Of a stretch of DNA of 64,000 nt, positions 1 through 9,956 are shown piece after piece; position 1 is the first letter of the stretch; the number at the start of each line of letters is the position of its first letter. The stretch is from Polyangiaceae bacterium (GTDB lineage Bacteria; Myxococcota_A; Polyangia; Polyangiales; Polyangiaceae). A program made the position numbers and the translations under genes. The DNA lies in assembly GCA_965222375.1 (NCBI GenBank), contig CBDCTZ010000015.1, positions 1,472,001 to 1,536,000 on the forward strand, written 5' to 3'. A model generated the notes under the pieces. The model saw only the letters and a list, made by a program, of their open reading frames with translations. It made no database searches and was not told where the DNA came from.

Positions 1-2541
1 GAAACGCCCTTGGCTATCCGTCGTCACCATGCCCGGCGGCAAGGCCCCAGCGGGCAAGAATGCGGGAACGGTGCCCACAGCGACGCGCGCCCCCGACACC
101 GGCTTGCCTGAGGGGTCGAGCACCTTGCCCTCCAAGGTGGCGGGTTCACTGAGATCGATCACGGGCAGCTCGAAGGGCCGGTCGGCGCGGCCGGTAGGCT
201 CGACCGTGAATGCGTGCTCGCTAGTTGCGTAATCTGGGTGCGCCACGCTCACTCGGACGCTCCCGGGGGGCACGTCTTTGACGCGAAACACGCCTTCGGA
301 ATCCGTAGTGCTGACCCAGCGTCGTCCTTGGGAAAATAGCGTGGCCGTAGCCCCAGACAGGTAGGTCCGCCCGCGCACCGCAGTGATCCGTCCATGAACG
401 ATGATCCCACGAGACAGCTTGATCGTGATCTCCTCCGGAGCCGATTCGTAGGATCGCGTCGTTCGGGTGAACCCCGGCGCCTCCGCGCTGATCAGCACGG
501 CAAGCCCCCGTGCGTCAGTCACCTCCGCGGTGCCGCTTTCGAAGGTGAACACGGTCTGCCGCAATGGTACGTCCGGATTCAAGGACACCACGGAGACCTG
601 GGCCGTCTCGATGGGCTGATCCCGCTCGTCGACGACCTTCACCGCGACGGTCTCTCGCCCATCGGGCAACGTGATGGTGACTGTCTCTCGTTTACCTTCT
701 TCGACCTCCACGGTCTTTCGAACGGCGGCGCGGGTCAGGTCCTCCGGGCGATACACGGAGAGCACGATCTCGGCGGGCACCGCCGCAAACGCAAAGCTGC
801 CGTCAGTCGCGGTCAGCGTGGTCCGCTCCAGGGTGCCGCGCACCGCCGTCAGATCCACTCGGGCCTCCGAGACTCCGCGTCCGTGCTTGTCGACCACCCG
901 CCCTTCCAAGCTACCGCCGGCGAGCAAGACGATCTTCACTTTGACCCGGCCATCTGGCGCCAAGCTCACGACTTCGCTGATGCCCTCGACGTATGCCGGG
1001 TGGCGCACGATGGCGCGCACCCGCCCGGGCGTCACCGGCTTTGCCACGAAGTTGCCATTGAGCCCCGTCACCCAAGGCGCCACACCTTCTTTGGGGGCAA
1101 ATGCCCCGGGCCCGGCGTTGTAGGAGGGTTCCACGAAAGTGAACGCGTCCATGGCTGATGGCGGCGGGATCGGCGGAATGGGTCCGGGCATCACGCCCAA
1201 TTCGCCCGCGGGCATCAGCGTCGGCGAGGACCCGAGGGACCAAGCGAAGTGGGAGCGCCGCAGGGCGTTCGACATCGGCGTCTCGGCGATGGGGAAGCCA
1301 CTCAGATCGGTGCCGATGACTTCCACCGTGGCGCCATCCACGGGTCGGTCGTCATGGTCGACGACTTCGCCTTCGATCACACCGCCCTTCAGCAGCGCAA
1401 TCACGACCTCGCCTTCGGGCTCCAGGGGCACCATCGCCAGACCCCGGCCCACGAAACCCGCAGCGCTCGCGCTCAGCGTGGCTGGACCCGGCGCAATCGG
1501 GCCCATCACGACCGTGCCGTCGGCACCGGTGCGCGCCCGCAAGGGAAACGATGACAGCCCGCTCTCGACGAGCACCACGTCGGCACCTGAGACCCCGGGC
1601 GCGTTGTCCGCTTCGCCTTCGGTCACCCGAACGGCAATGTTGCGCCCCTCCATGAGCCGCAAGGTGATCGCCTTGTCCGCCCCACGCGTGAGCTCCAGGC
1701 CTCCCACGGTATCGGAAACCAAGCCGCCTCGGGTTGCACGCACATCGTAGTGCCCGGCTAGCAAGCCGGCGATCCGTACTTCACCGTTTGCAGCGGTCAG
1801 CGCTCTTCGCGCGGGCCAGAGGCTCGACCCTGCGAGCCATATCGTGGCTTCCTTCGCCGGCTTCCCATTCGGCAGCTCGACCCGCACCGTGAGCGTGGAC
1901 AGGCGCCGCAGCGCAATCGTCGTGTCGGCTTCGACGCCGGTGCGCGTGACGCTTTCATAGCCCCGATGGGAGGCTTTGACGGTCCAGGGCGCGGCGCCCA
2001 AGCGGTCAAAGAGCGCCTTGCCCTTGGGATCCGTGAGGGCGCCATAGGGCAAAGGGTCGCCGGTGGTGACCAGCACCGTCGCACCACTCAGCGCCACGCC
2101 TTGTTCGTCCGTCACGTTGATGGACAGCGTCTTCGCGCCCTCGAGCGTCACGCTGGCGCGACGCTTGGTTCGGTCCACCACGAGGCGCGTGGAAGCTCGG
2201 GCGAAACCGGGCGCATCTACCAGGACCCAGGACGCGCCTTGGGGCAATTCGTCGAAACTCACGACGCCTCGCGCATCGGTGGAATTGCGCGCGGCTTCAT
2301 AGAAGCGCGACTCCCGCTCCCACAGCACCCGCACCGAAGCTTTCGCGACCGGGGACTTGTCACTCCGCACCACAGCCACTTCGAGTCGCCCTTCGCGCAC
2401 CGTCTCCACAGGAACCGGCGGGGCGCTCGGCATCCGGGGCAAGGAGCGAGAAGGCACGTCCACCACTCGCGCCAAGAATGCCAGGCACGAAAGCAGCGCA
2501 AGCAGCGCCAACAATATCCGGGGCCAACGTGGCTCTGGCAC
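1..2541 (-). CDS. Carboxypeptidase regulatory-like (Cna-B/prealbumin-fold) repeat surface protein, runs off the window start
   Basis: Hand translation, absent from the ORF track because there is no stop in the window: GTG-PEPRWPRILLALLALLSCLAFLA hydrophobic N-terminus, then repeated 'GRVVD..GxPVxGAxV...TDxxGxF' modules. Start codon is uncertain. Confidence 0.8.
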   Translation of the reverse strand, partial: MPEPRWPRILLALLALLSCLAFLARVVDVPSRSLPRMPSAPPVPVETVREGRLEVAVVRSDKSPVAKASVRVLWERESRFYEAARNSTDARGVVSFDELPQGASWVLVDAPGFARASTRLVVDRTKRRASVTLEGAKTLSINVTDEQGVALSGATVLVTTGDPLPYGALTDPKGKALFDRLGAAPWTVKASHRGYESVTRTGVEADTTIALRRLSTLTVRVELPNGKPAKEATIWLAGSSLWPARRALTAANGEVRIAGLLAGHYDVRATRGGLVSDTVGGLELTRGADKAITLRLMEGRNIAVRVTEGEADNAPGVSGADVVLVESGLSSFPLRARTGADGTVVMGPIAPGPATLSASAAGFVGRGLAMVPLEPEGEVVIALLKGGVIEGEVVDHDDRPVDGATVEVIGTDLSGFPIAETPMSNALRRSHFAWSLGSSPTLMPAGELGVMPGPIPPIPPPSAMDAFTFVEPSYNAGPGAFAPKEGVAPWVTGLNGNFVAKPVTPGRVRAIVRHPAYVEGISEVVSLAPDGRVKVKIVLLAGGSLEGRVVDKHGRGVSEARVDLTAVRGTLERTTLTATDGSFAFAAVPAEIVLSVYRPEDLTRAAVRKTVEVEEGKRETVTITLPDGRETVAVKVVDERDQPIETAQVSVVSLNPDVPLRQTVFTFESGTAEVTDARGLAVLISAEAPGFTRTTRSYESAPEEITIKLSRGIIVHGRITAVRGRTYLSGATATLFSQGRRWVSTTDSEGVFRVKDVPPGSVRVSVAHPDYATSEHAFTVEPTGRADRPFELPVIDLSEPATLEGKVLDPSGKPVSGARVAVGTVPAFLPAGALPPGMVTTDSQGRF

Positions 2542-2687
2542 TACGTGGACGATAACGGAAAGCCGCGGGGTTTTAAGCCCATCGGGGGTCATTATGCGCA
2601 AACCAACGGGGCGCGTTCTGCGCTGGGGCGCGGCGACCCGAGGTGCTGAGCAGAGAAATCTCGCCAATCGCTGCTATCCTGTGAGGG

Positions 2688-3908
2688 TTGACCCGACTTC
2701 CGACCAGCAACCGCGGCGCTGCCCTCAGGGCACTCGGACTCACACTTCCTTTGGCTCTGGCGGCAGCCGCCGTGGGTTCTTGCGGCGGTGAGAGTCGGCC
2801 GCCGCTATTCCAAGCCGCCGATTCGGGCTCAGCCGGCGCGGGCGGAACTCCCATCATCGACGCCGCGACCTCCGACGGCCCTCCCGACGCCGAGCTGTGC
2901 GGCAATCAGTTGATCCCGGTCGTCATCGATCGACCCAACCTGTACTTCGTGCTCGATCGTTCTGGAAGCATGGCCGACCCGCAGCCCGGGTCCGTCGGAT
3001 TGAACAAATACGATAGCTCGCGGGTAGCCATCGCGGACGTGCTTCGCGCCGTGGGTCACCGAGTGAACTACGGCGCTGCGGTATTTCCCGGAGGCGGTGG
3101 CACGATCCCTGGATGCGGAACTGGCGTCGAACTGTTTCCGACCCAGCCGGGCGATCCGGTCACCTACGCGGAGCAGAAGAAGGATGGTCCGGTCCTGGTC
3201 GCAATGCTGAACACCTTGGCGAAGCTCTCGCCCCAAGGTGGCACGCCAACTTCGTCCACTCTCGGCGACTTGGCACCCACCTTGACCGCCCTGGAAGGCA
3301 AGACCTTCGTGGTGTTGGCAACGGACGGCGGACCCAACTGCAATTTGGGCGCCTCCTGCGGCATCAACGAATGCCAGCTCAACATCGAGGGCCTCACCAT
3401 CAACGGTGTGGTCTGCGATTCGACCGTCAATTGCTGCGCACCCGGCTTCAACGGCGGCGGGCCCCTCAACTGCGTGGATGGTCCCGTCACCAAGGCGGCC
3501 GTGGACAACCTGGCCAAGCAAGGCATCCCCACTTACGTCGTGGGCATGCCGGGCAGCGAAATCTATGCGTCGCTGCTCGACGAGTTAGCGGTGGCCGGCC
3601 TGACCGCCCGCGCCACCTCGCCCAGCTACTACGCCGTGAGCGACGCCACCGAGCTTTCCGGCGCGCTGAAGGAGATCGGCGTCACCGTCGCGATCAGCTG
3701 CACCATCGAACTCGACTTCGAGCCCGAAGACCCTGACCTCGTCAACGTGTACTTCGACAAGTCCGTCCTACCCGGCGACGACATCGACGGCTGGAAGTGG
3801 GCGGGCACCAAGACCATTGAAATCGTCGGCCCGTCCTGCGACAAGCTCAAGAGCGGCGACGTGTTCCAGCTCCAAGTCGTCGGCGGTTGCCCGACAACCG
3901 TGCGCTAG
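2688..3908 (+). CDS. vWA-domain lipoprotein (CglB-like myxobacterial family)
   Basis: MIDAS motif LDRSGSM, GGTPT, VLATDGGPNC, YVVG; signal peptide ending AVGSC; Cys-rich inserts. Confidence 0.8.
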   Translation: MTRLPTSNRGAALRALGLTLPLALAAAAVGSCGGESRPPLFQAADSGSAGAGGTPIIDAATSDGPPDAELCGNQLIPVVIDRPNLYFVLDRSGSMADPQPGSVGLNKYDSSRVAIADVLRAVGHRVNYGAAVFPGGGGTIPGCGTGVELFPTQPGDPVTYAEQKKDGPVLVAMLNTLAKLSPQGGTPTSSTLGDLAPTLTALEGKTFVVLATDGGPNCNLGASCGINECQLNIEGLTINGVVCDSTVNCCAPGFNGGGPLNCVDGPVTKAAVDNLAKQGIPTYVVGMPGSEIYASLLDELAVAGLTARATSPSYYAVSDATELSGALKEIGVTVAISCTIELDFEPEDPDLVNVYFDKSVLPGDDIDGWKWAGTKTIEIVGPSCDKLKSGDVFQLQVVGGCPTTVR

Positions 3909-4042
3909 GATACCGATGCACGCGCCAACTTCGGGTGCCCAGACTAGAAGGCCGAGCTCCTGCGAAGGCTCGGGCTCGTGAACACCGAAACGGACCCGAC
4001 GACTAGGGCAGGTCGAGAACTCGCCAGGCCGGCAGGTGGCGA

Positions 4043-5926
4043 ATGTCACAGGATCGTCCTATGGTGACTGAGAGTTCTTTTTCGCAGAGTGAACCAGGGG
4101 CCATGGCGAACGCAATTGGTATACAGCTAGGTAAACTTCTCATGGCTTGCGGCCTCCTCGCGGCATGCGGTTCCGACTCGGCATCTCCAGCATCACAACC
4201 CGACGCCAGCGGAGCCGCGGACGCAGCCGACGGTGGAGTAGGACCCGACGGTGGCTCCGATGCCGGCAACGGCGAAGCCGGCGGGTGCCCGCCCATCGTA
4301 CCGACCGGCGACGCCGTGGCAGTTTCCACCTTCCACTCCCTGAGTCTCTACTGGACGCCCCAGCCGGGCGCCGCGCCCCCGCAAGCCGATGCCACGGTGA
4401 GCTACCGTAAGCAGGGAACGTGCACGTGGTCCGAAGGGCTGCCGCTGCGCCACAACCCAATCACCCGCCCGGATTCGAAATCCCGCGGTGACTATCGGGG
4501 CAGTTTGGTTCACTTGACACCGGGCACCACCTACGAGGTGCGGCTCGAGCTTCCGGGAACATCCTCGAGCGCAACCCTGGTCGCCGAAACGTGGCCCGAA
4601 AAGTTCCCCGAGGACGGAACCATCAAAGTGGGCAGCCGGACCACTCAATACGACGTCAACGACTCGGGTAAGCCAGGCGCCTACCGAGTCTACGATGGTG
4701 CAGACGCCATCATCGACATCCAAGACGACTCGAACTACGGCATTCGAGTCGACGCCAGCTATGTGATCTTGCGCAACTTCACCATCGTCGGTCCCAAGCG
4801 ACACGGAATTCACATCTCCGGTGGCCAGCACATCGTGATCGAAGACTGCGACATCAGTGGATGGGGCGACCGCGACGACAACATCCCCAACCCCTTTGGC
4901 ACGAACTTTCGCGCGGCGGTTCACGCGACCGACAAGAAAAGCGTGAAGTCGGTCGTCGTCCAGCGTTGCAAGCTCCACGAGCCGCGCTGGGGCGCTAACA
5001 GCTGGGCCGAAAAGAATCCTACCAACACCGATTGCCAAGGCACGAAGGGCGTCAACGATCCGGATTGCTATCACCCGCAAGGGCCCCAGTGCATCGCTTT
5101 CGCCAACACGGATGGCAACCACGTGCTTCGCTACAACGAATGCTGGTCCACGAAGGACCACTACTTCAATGACGGCTTCGGCTACGGCAGCAATGGTAGC
5201 GAGCGCGGTTTCCCCGGCGCGGATTCGGACGTGTACGGAAACTACGTCGCGAATTGCTGGGACGACGGGCTCGAAGTCGAGGGCGGCGGACAAAACGTGC
5301 GAGTCTGGAACAACTACGTCGAGGAAACGCTGATTCCCATCGCCAACGCAGCAGTATCAATCGGACCGCTCTACGTGTGGCGCAACGTCGTCGGCCGTAG
5401 CTACAGCAAACCCGGCAGCCAGTATGGGCAATACGGACCTTTCCTCAAGATGGGTTGGGCCGGCTCTCAGGATTGGATGACGGGCCACCAGTTCATTTTC
5501 CACAACACGATCTTCCAAAGTGGCGACAACGGTTCCGGGGGGCTCGGCACAGCCGACAACTATGGCCGCAAAGTCACCCACACTGTAACTCGAAACAACA
5601 TCTTCCACGTTCGAGCGGCGACCTCTGCCGCCATCTCATCCGACAGCGAAGACTCGAACTTCGACTTCGACCTGTACACCGGAACCGTGCCTCAGGGTCA
5701 CGAACAGAACGGCATCAATGCCGCTCCAGCCTACGCAAGCGGTGCCGGGCTGTCCTTTGCCACGAAACAGGGGACTTTTCAGCTGGCTCCCGGTAGCCCT
5801 GGGTACCAAGCGGCCAAGTCGATCCCAAACTTCACTGGAGCCTTCAGCGGCGCGGCGCCAGACATCGGCGCACATCAAAGCGGGACTGGACCCATGAAGT
5901 TCGGAGTCGACGCTGGTGCGCCATAG
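4043..5926 (+). CDS. Lipoprotein with FN3-like domain and right-handed parallel beta-helix (polysaccharide lyase-like)
   Basis: LLAAC lipobox; LTPGTTYEVRL FN3 motif; beta-helix repeats (DDGLEVEG, VRVWNN, HNTI, RNNIF); terminal APDIGA motif. The true start may be the second or third Met. Confidence 0.75.
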   Translation: MSQDRPMVTESSFSQSEPGAMANAIGIQLGKLLMACGLLAACGSDSASPASQPDASGAADAADGGVGPDGGSDAGNGEAGGCPPIVPTGDAVAVSTFHSLSLYWTPQPGAAPPQADATVSYRKQGTCTWSEGLPLRHNPITRPDSKSRGDYRGSLVHLTPGTTYEVRLELPGTSSSATLVAETWPEKFPEDGTIKVGSRTTQYDVNDSGKPGAYRVYDGADAIIDIQDDSNYGIRVDASYVILRNFTIVGPKRHGIHISGGQHIVIEDCDISGWGDRDDNIPNPFGTNFRAAVHATDKKSVKSVVVQRCKLHEPRWGANSWAEKNPTNTDCQGTKGVNDPDCYHPQGPQCIAFANTDGNHVLRYNECWSTKDHYFNDGFGYGSNGSERGFPGADSDVYGNYVANCWDDGLEVEGGGQNVRVWNNYVEETLIPIANAAVSIGPLYVWRNVVGRSYSKPGSQYGQYGPFLKMGWAGSQDWMTGHQFIFHNTIFQSGDNGSGGLGTADNYGRKVTHTVTRNNIFHVRAATSAAISSDSEDSNFDFDLYTGTVPQGHEQNGINAAPAYASGAGLSFATKQGTFQLAPGSPGYQAAKSIPNFTGAFSGAAPDIGAHQSGTGPMKFGVDAGAP

Positions 5927-5990
5927 CAGCAAGCCAGGCACTCACCTTCCCGGGCTGCGGTCGTTGAAGTTTCTTCCGACACAGCCAAAG

Positions 5991-6060
5991 ATTGCTCTAG
6001 CCTAGTCGCGTGGACGATCGCCTAGAAGCGCTGCGACGCGAGATTGACGAAATTGATGAC
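5991..6060 (+). pseudogene. Duplicated 5' fragment (promoter plus 17 codons) of the chorismate mutase gene
   Basis: 6010-6060 is identical to 7154-7204 (GTGGACGATCGCCTAGAAGCG...GATGAC); upstream ATTGCTyTAGCCT is also shared. Confidence 0.85.
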
Positions 6061-6205
6061 CTCGTCGTGAACGCGAAGCTGCCGCGTCGGCCGCGCGCGC
6101 ACTATTCGATGCAAGGAGCTAGCCGGCGACGAATCGGCTTCACTATTCCAGGAATTTCCGGCCGGCTCGTGCAAACGGGAGTTGCGGGGACGAATACTAC
6201 CCAAA

Positions 6206-6673
6206 CTAGAAAAGGTGGTGGTGATCGTGGTGGTGATGGTGGTGGTCGTGAACATGGCCACCATCACCACCACCAGGGAGCCTCACCGCGGTTTCCCAAA
6301 CGACTTGGCAGCGCACGCAGATCAGCAGGTAGGTCTCCGAGCCGGCAGCTCGGATGGTGGCAGCACTGCAGCGGGGGCAGGTCATGGCATTGAGCACCTT
6401 CTTGGCGCTCGTCTTCGACCCCATGCCCACGATGCCGGCTACCAACAGGATTGAGGATACGACGATCGCGATTCCCAGCCACACTGGACTTTGCTCCAAG
6501 ATTGCCAGAGCGATCACGCTGCCCACGAGCAGGACGGCCGCGCAACCGAGCGACGCGAACAAGAACAGGTACCTCCAGGGCGACACGGCCGTTGCACGGT
6601 CGACAATGGCTTTTGCGGCGTCGAAGCGCTGCCGAGGGAGCGAGTGCAACATTTGCGCAACGTCGTCGCTCAT
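6206..6673 (-). CDS. Two-TM membrane protein with CxxC/CxxC zinc ribbon and poly-His tail (paralog 1)
   Basis: Two hydrophobic helices, CPRC...CVRC, ends GHVHDHHHHHHDHHHLF; paralog at 9250-9714. Confidence 0.75.
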   Translation of the reverse strand: MSDDVAQMLHSLPRQRFDAAKAIVDRATAVSPWRYLFLFASLGCAAVLLVGSVIALAILEQSPVWLGIAIVVSSILLVAGIVGMGSKTSAKKVLNAMTCPRCSAATIRAAGSETYLLICVRCQVVWETAVRLPGGGDGGHVHDHHHHHHDHHHLF

Positions 6674-7153
6674 GGACGAACTAATCATATCACGAATGCC
6701 GAGCATGTGACCGGTGGGTCAGTCCGCAGACTGACCAACGCCACAGCACACACTTTGACGCGCGTCGGAACCGATCGCGCACTGCGGAGGCGACCTGGTT
6801 GTCGCAGCCATCGACCCTCGGTCAGGGTCACGGTGCCTGAGGCGGCTGTCGTGACGCACGCAGCGTTGGAGCAGGGCGCGCGACCCGGCCCGGTGAGAAG
6901 CCGGTGTTCTTCCAACACGCCTTCTATTCTCCCACCACCCCCGGGGCTGGACGTGGACCGACGCCATCGAAGCCCGCATCGCGGCGCCCTGAAGCCATGC
7001 GCCGCCTGAGCACAAGGACGGGCCAAGAGCACCTTCAGGGCGTGCGAGGCGAGAGGCAACTACAGGCGACGCTGAAACTAGAAGTGATGATGGTGTCGTC
7101 GGCGGCAGTCCCACGACCGTGCGCTGAGCGCGGAATTGCTTTAGCCTGATCCT

Positions 7154-7432
7154 GTGGACGATCGCCTAGAAGCGCTGCGACGCGAGATTGACGAAATTGA
7201 TGACGAGATCCTGAAGTGGGTCGCGCGGCGCCTCGAAAAGGTGCTCGCCGTCGGCGACTTCAAGAAGCGCAACCACCTCGACGCCTACGACCCGGATCGC
7301 GAACGCAAGATCTTGGACCGCCTGGGCAGCCGCGCCCCCGCCCCTCTCGAGCCCCAAGCGGTGCGCCGCATCTTCGAGCGTCTCATCGACGAGTCCCGCA
7401 GAGCCGAACAGATCCGCATGCGCAGCGAATAG
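7154..7432 (+). CDS. Chorismate mutase, AroQ/type II, monofunctional
   Basis: LEALRREIDEIDDEIL..RR...VGDFK...YDPDRERKIL...IFERLIDESR matches the CM_2 pattern. Confidence 0.9.
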   Translation: MDDRLEALRREIDEIDDEILKWVARRLEKVLAVGDFKKRNHLDAYDPDRERKILDRLGSRAPAPLEPQAVRRIFERLIDESRRAEQIRMRSE

Positions 7433-7515
7433 TTTGGGTTTGGGTTTGGGGGGTCGCATCACTGTGGCGGTACTGCGCCGCTAACCTCGCCCGAGACCGC
7501 GTGGGCCAACGCGAG

Positions 7516-7850
7516 CTAGCGTTTCGCAGGAAGCTTCAGCCGGCCACGAGTGACACGTCCACATCTAGACCCCAGGACGCAATTCTTCGACTCGCATTCC
7601 TCATCGTGGGCACAAAGCTGCCAGGTGGGTCGCGAACACGACTCCACGCAGCGAGCCAGCCGGCGACGAATCGGTTTTGCTATTCCACAGCACTTTAGCC
7701 CCGCTTCGCAGTCCGCTGTCTCATCGCAGGCAAGGTCCCAGCCCGCATCCGGACATCCATCTTCCGTTTCAACGCAGAACTTGTCGTGCTCGACGTGACA
7801 ACATAGCTGATTTGGAGCAACGCAGTCCTGATCGCCGCGGCGGATCTTCC
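7516..7850 (-). pseudogene. Cys-rich protein C-terminal fragment
   Basis: CVAPNQLCC...CDETADCEAGLKCC...CAHDEECESKNC; no convincing N-terminal signal; a decayed copy lies at about 6060-6150. Confidence 0.5.
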
Positions 7851-8010
7851 CCGGACCGGACGCGCGAAACCGTTCCTGACGGAACGGACCCCTGAAGGGA
7901 TGTGCATCGAGTCCTGCGTCCCGAAGAGGGGCTGTTTGAGGGCCCTGCGACGCCCAAGCTGCGGTCGGCGTTCCCATGCAGATAGCCGCCTCATTGTTGG
8001 AGTATTCATA

Positions 8011-8334
8011 GTGAGGCGGCTAGCACTCTGCGTGTTCGCAGTCTGTGGCGCGTGCGGTGGCGAGGTCGAGGATAGGCACGCTGCGACGAACCAGTCAGCA
8101 AGCGGTGGGGCTCCTTCTATCGTTCAGCCTGACGCCTCTACCGAAGCAGCGCCTCATCCGACTCCCGTCCCCCCCCCTGGCCCTAGCCCTACTCCGGGGG
8201 ACGCCAGCCCACCGGATGGCCAGCCCGACGTGTGGATTGACGCCGTCGGCAGCACGGGCGGACACGCCGGGAAACTGAAACTGCCACCTGGGCTCGACGC
8301 AGCCAAGCCTCCTATTGAAGCAGGCGACGGGTAG
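8011..8334 (+). CDS. Small Pro-rich lipoprotein
   Basis: GTG start, RRLALCVFAVCGAC-GG signal, Pro/Asp/Ala linker. Confidence 0.5.
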   Translation: MRRLALCVFAVCGACGGEVEDRHAATNQSASGGAPSIVQPDASTEAAPHPTPVPPPGPSPTPGDASPPDGQPDVWIDAVGSTGGHAGKLKLPPGLDAAKPPIEAGDG

Positions 8335-8394
8335 TCAGCTCAAACGTAAGACCTTGCCTTGGCCTGCCCGGACTCAACGTGAGCGCGAGTGGGA

Positions 8395-8498
8395 TCTCAT
8401 CGACGAGTCCCGCAGAGCCGAACAGATCCGCATGCGCAGCGAGTAGTTTGGGTTTGGGGGGTCGCATCACTGTGGCGGCGTTGCTGCACTAATCTCGC
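8395..8498 (+). repeat. Duplicated 3' end of chorismate mutase plus downstream sequence
   Basis: Near-identical to 7381-7491 (TCTCATCGACGAGTCCCGCAGAGCC...TAGTTTGGGTTTGGGGGGTCGCATCACTGTGGCGG). Confidence 0.9.
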
Positions 8499-8556
8499 CA
8501 TGGGTCGCCAGGCTCGGGGGTTGCGGGAAGCGCGTCTCGAGTGCACGCTCTACACC

Positions 8557-9117
8557 GTGGCCGACCCCGCACGCAATCGCGCAACCTACGAAGATCTGCT
8601 CAAAGTAGACTCGAACAAAGTTGCCGAAATTATCGACGGGGTGTTGCGCACTAGCCCTCGCCCTGCAGCGCGGCACACCAACGCAGCGTCGGTGCTTGGA
8701 GAAGAACTCGGCCCTCCGTTTCGCCGAGGCCGCGGTGGTCCAGGGGGCTGGGTCATTCTGGATGAGCCGGAGTTGCACCTGGCTGCGGACATCCTGGTTC
8801 CGGATCTTGCCGGCTGGCGCAGAGAGAACATGCCGGAAATTCCAGACGAGCCGTTTTTTACTCTAGCGCCCGACTGGGCATGCGAAGTGCTTTCACCTTC
8901 CACGGAGGCCGTGGACCGCGCAGACAAGCTCCCCATTTACGCGCGGGAGGGCGTTGGGCACGCGTGGCTAGTCGATCCAATCGCGCAGACCCTGGAAGTT
9001 CTCCGTCTCGATGGCGACACCTACCGCCTGGTCGCTACGTGGCGCGAGTCCGCTCGAGTCCGCGCCGAACCCTTCGACGCCATCGAGCTCGATCTGGCTC
9101 TACTTTGGGAGCTCTGA
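8557..9117 (+). CDS. Uma2 family endonuclease (DUF820)
   Basis: AEIIDG, SPRP..H, GWVILDEPELHL, VPDLAGWR, PDWACEVLSPST..DR..K...YA..GV...WLVDP. Confidence 0.92.
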   Translation: MADPARNRATYEDLLKVDSNKVAEIIDGVLRTSPRPAARHTNAASVLGEELGPPFRRGRGGPGGWVILDEPELHLAADILVPDLAGWRRENMPEIPDEPFFTLAPDWACEVLSPSTEAVDRADKLPIYAREGVGHAWLVDPIAQTLEVLRLDGDTYRLVATWRESARVRAEPFDAIELDLALLWEL

Positions 9118-9249
9118 CCTCGAGCTTCCTCAATCACTCAATCGCTGTCGGTATTCCGGCGGCGACCCAGTGAAACAGCCACCTTCGGCTTGGCTGGCTG
9201 CAGGATTCGTGGATGGCATCTTGCTTTGCGCGCCGGGGCGCCATCGATA

Positions 9250-9714
9250 CTAGAAATGATGGTGATGGTGGTGGTGATGGTGACCAGGGTCGTCGTAGCC
9301 CCCGGTGCCAGGGAGGCTCACCGCGGTTTCCCAAACCACCTGGCACTGCTCGCAGACCAGCACGTAGGTATTCGATGGGTCGTCGGCAGCGCAGGAGCTG
9401 GCGCCGGCGCATTGGGGACAGGTCATCGCATCGAGCACCTTTTTCGCAGTCGTCTTCGGCGCCATGCCTGCGATCCCGGCTACGAACGGAATCAGAGAAA
9501 CGAAGATCGCGATGCCTATCAACACCGGCCCCTGTTCCAGAACCGCCAAGGTGATCACACTGCCCAGGAGCAACACGGCCGTGCAGCCCAGCGACCCGAA
9601 CATGATCAAGTACTTCCACGATGCAATCCCGGCTTCGCGGTCAACCAGGGGCTTCGCGGCGTCAAAGCGACGCCGCGGCAGCGCACGCAGCATGTGCGAC
9701 ACATCATTGCTCAT
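9250..9714 (-). CDS. Two-TM membrane protein with zinc ribbon and poly-His tail (paralog 2)
   Basis: CPQC...CEQCQVVWETAV, ends GHHHHHHHHHF; aligns with 6206-6673 over its length. Confidence 0.75.
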   Translation of the reverse strand: MSNDVSHMLRALPRRRFDAAKPLVDREAGIASWKYLIMFGSLGCTAVLLLGSVITLAVLEQGPVLIGIAIFVSLIPFVAGIAGMAPKTTAKKVLDAMTCPQCAGASSCAADDPSNTYVLVCEQCQVVWETAVSLPGTGGYDDPGHHHHHHHHHF

Positions 9715-9956
9715 GGCTGATCCATCCGTATCACGAAATCTTTGATGGCCCGGGGGACGGCTCGCTACGGAGTCCTGAGCAACCCCACCAAGGGCCTCGG
9801 GTCGCGCAAGTCGCTCGCGAGCGGGTTGGTCGATCCGGCGTGAGACTCGTTGGAAATCAAGGTGATAGGCGACCCAAGCCCGCGAGTACCGGGGGTCGAA
9901 GCGAGATCGTAGGTTGGCACTGAAAGGCTCGCAGCTTGGAACGTCTATTAACAACA

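Noticed and set aside
29..2791. Plus-strand ORFs in the track (e.g. 394-1158, 1139-1750, 1966-2649)
   Set aside because: Antisense shadows of the long minus-strand gene; the same applies to most short overlapping ORFs in this high-GC window
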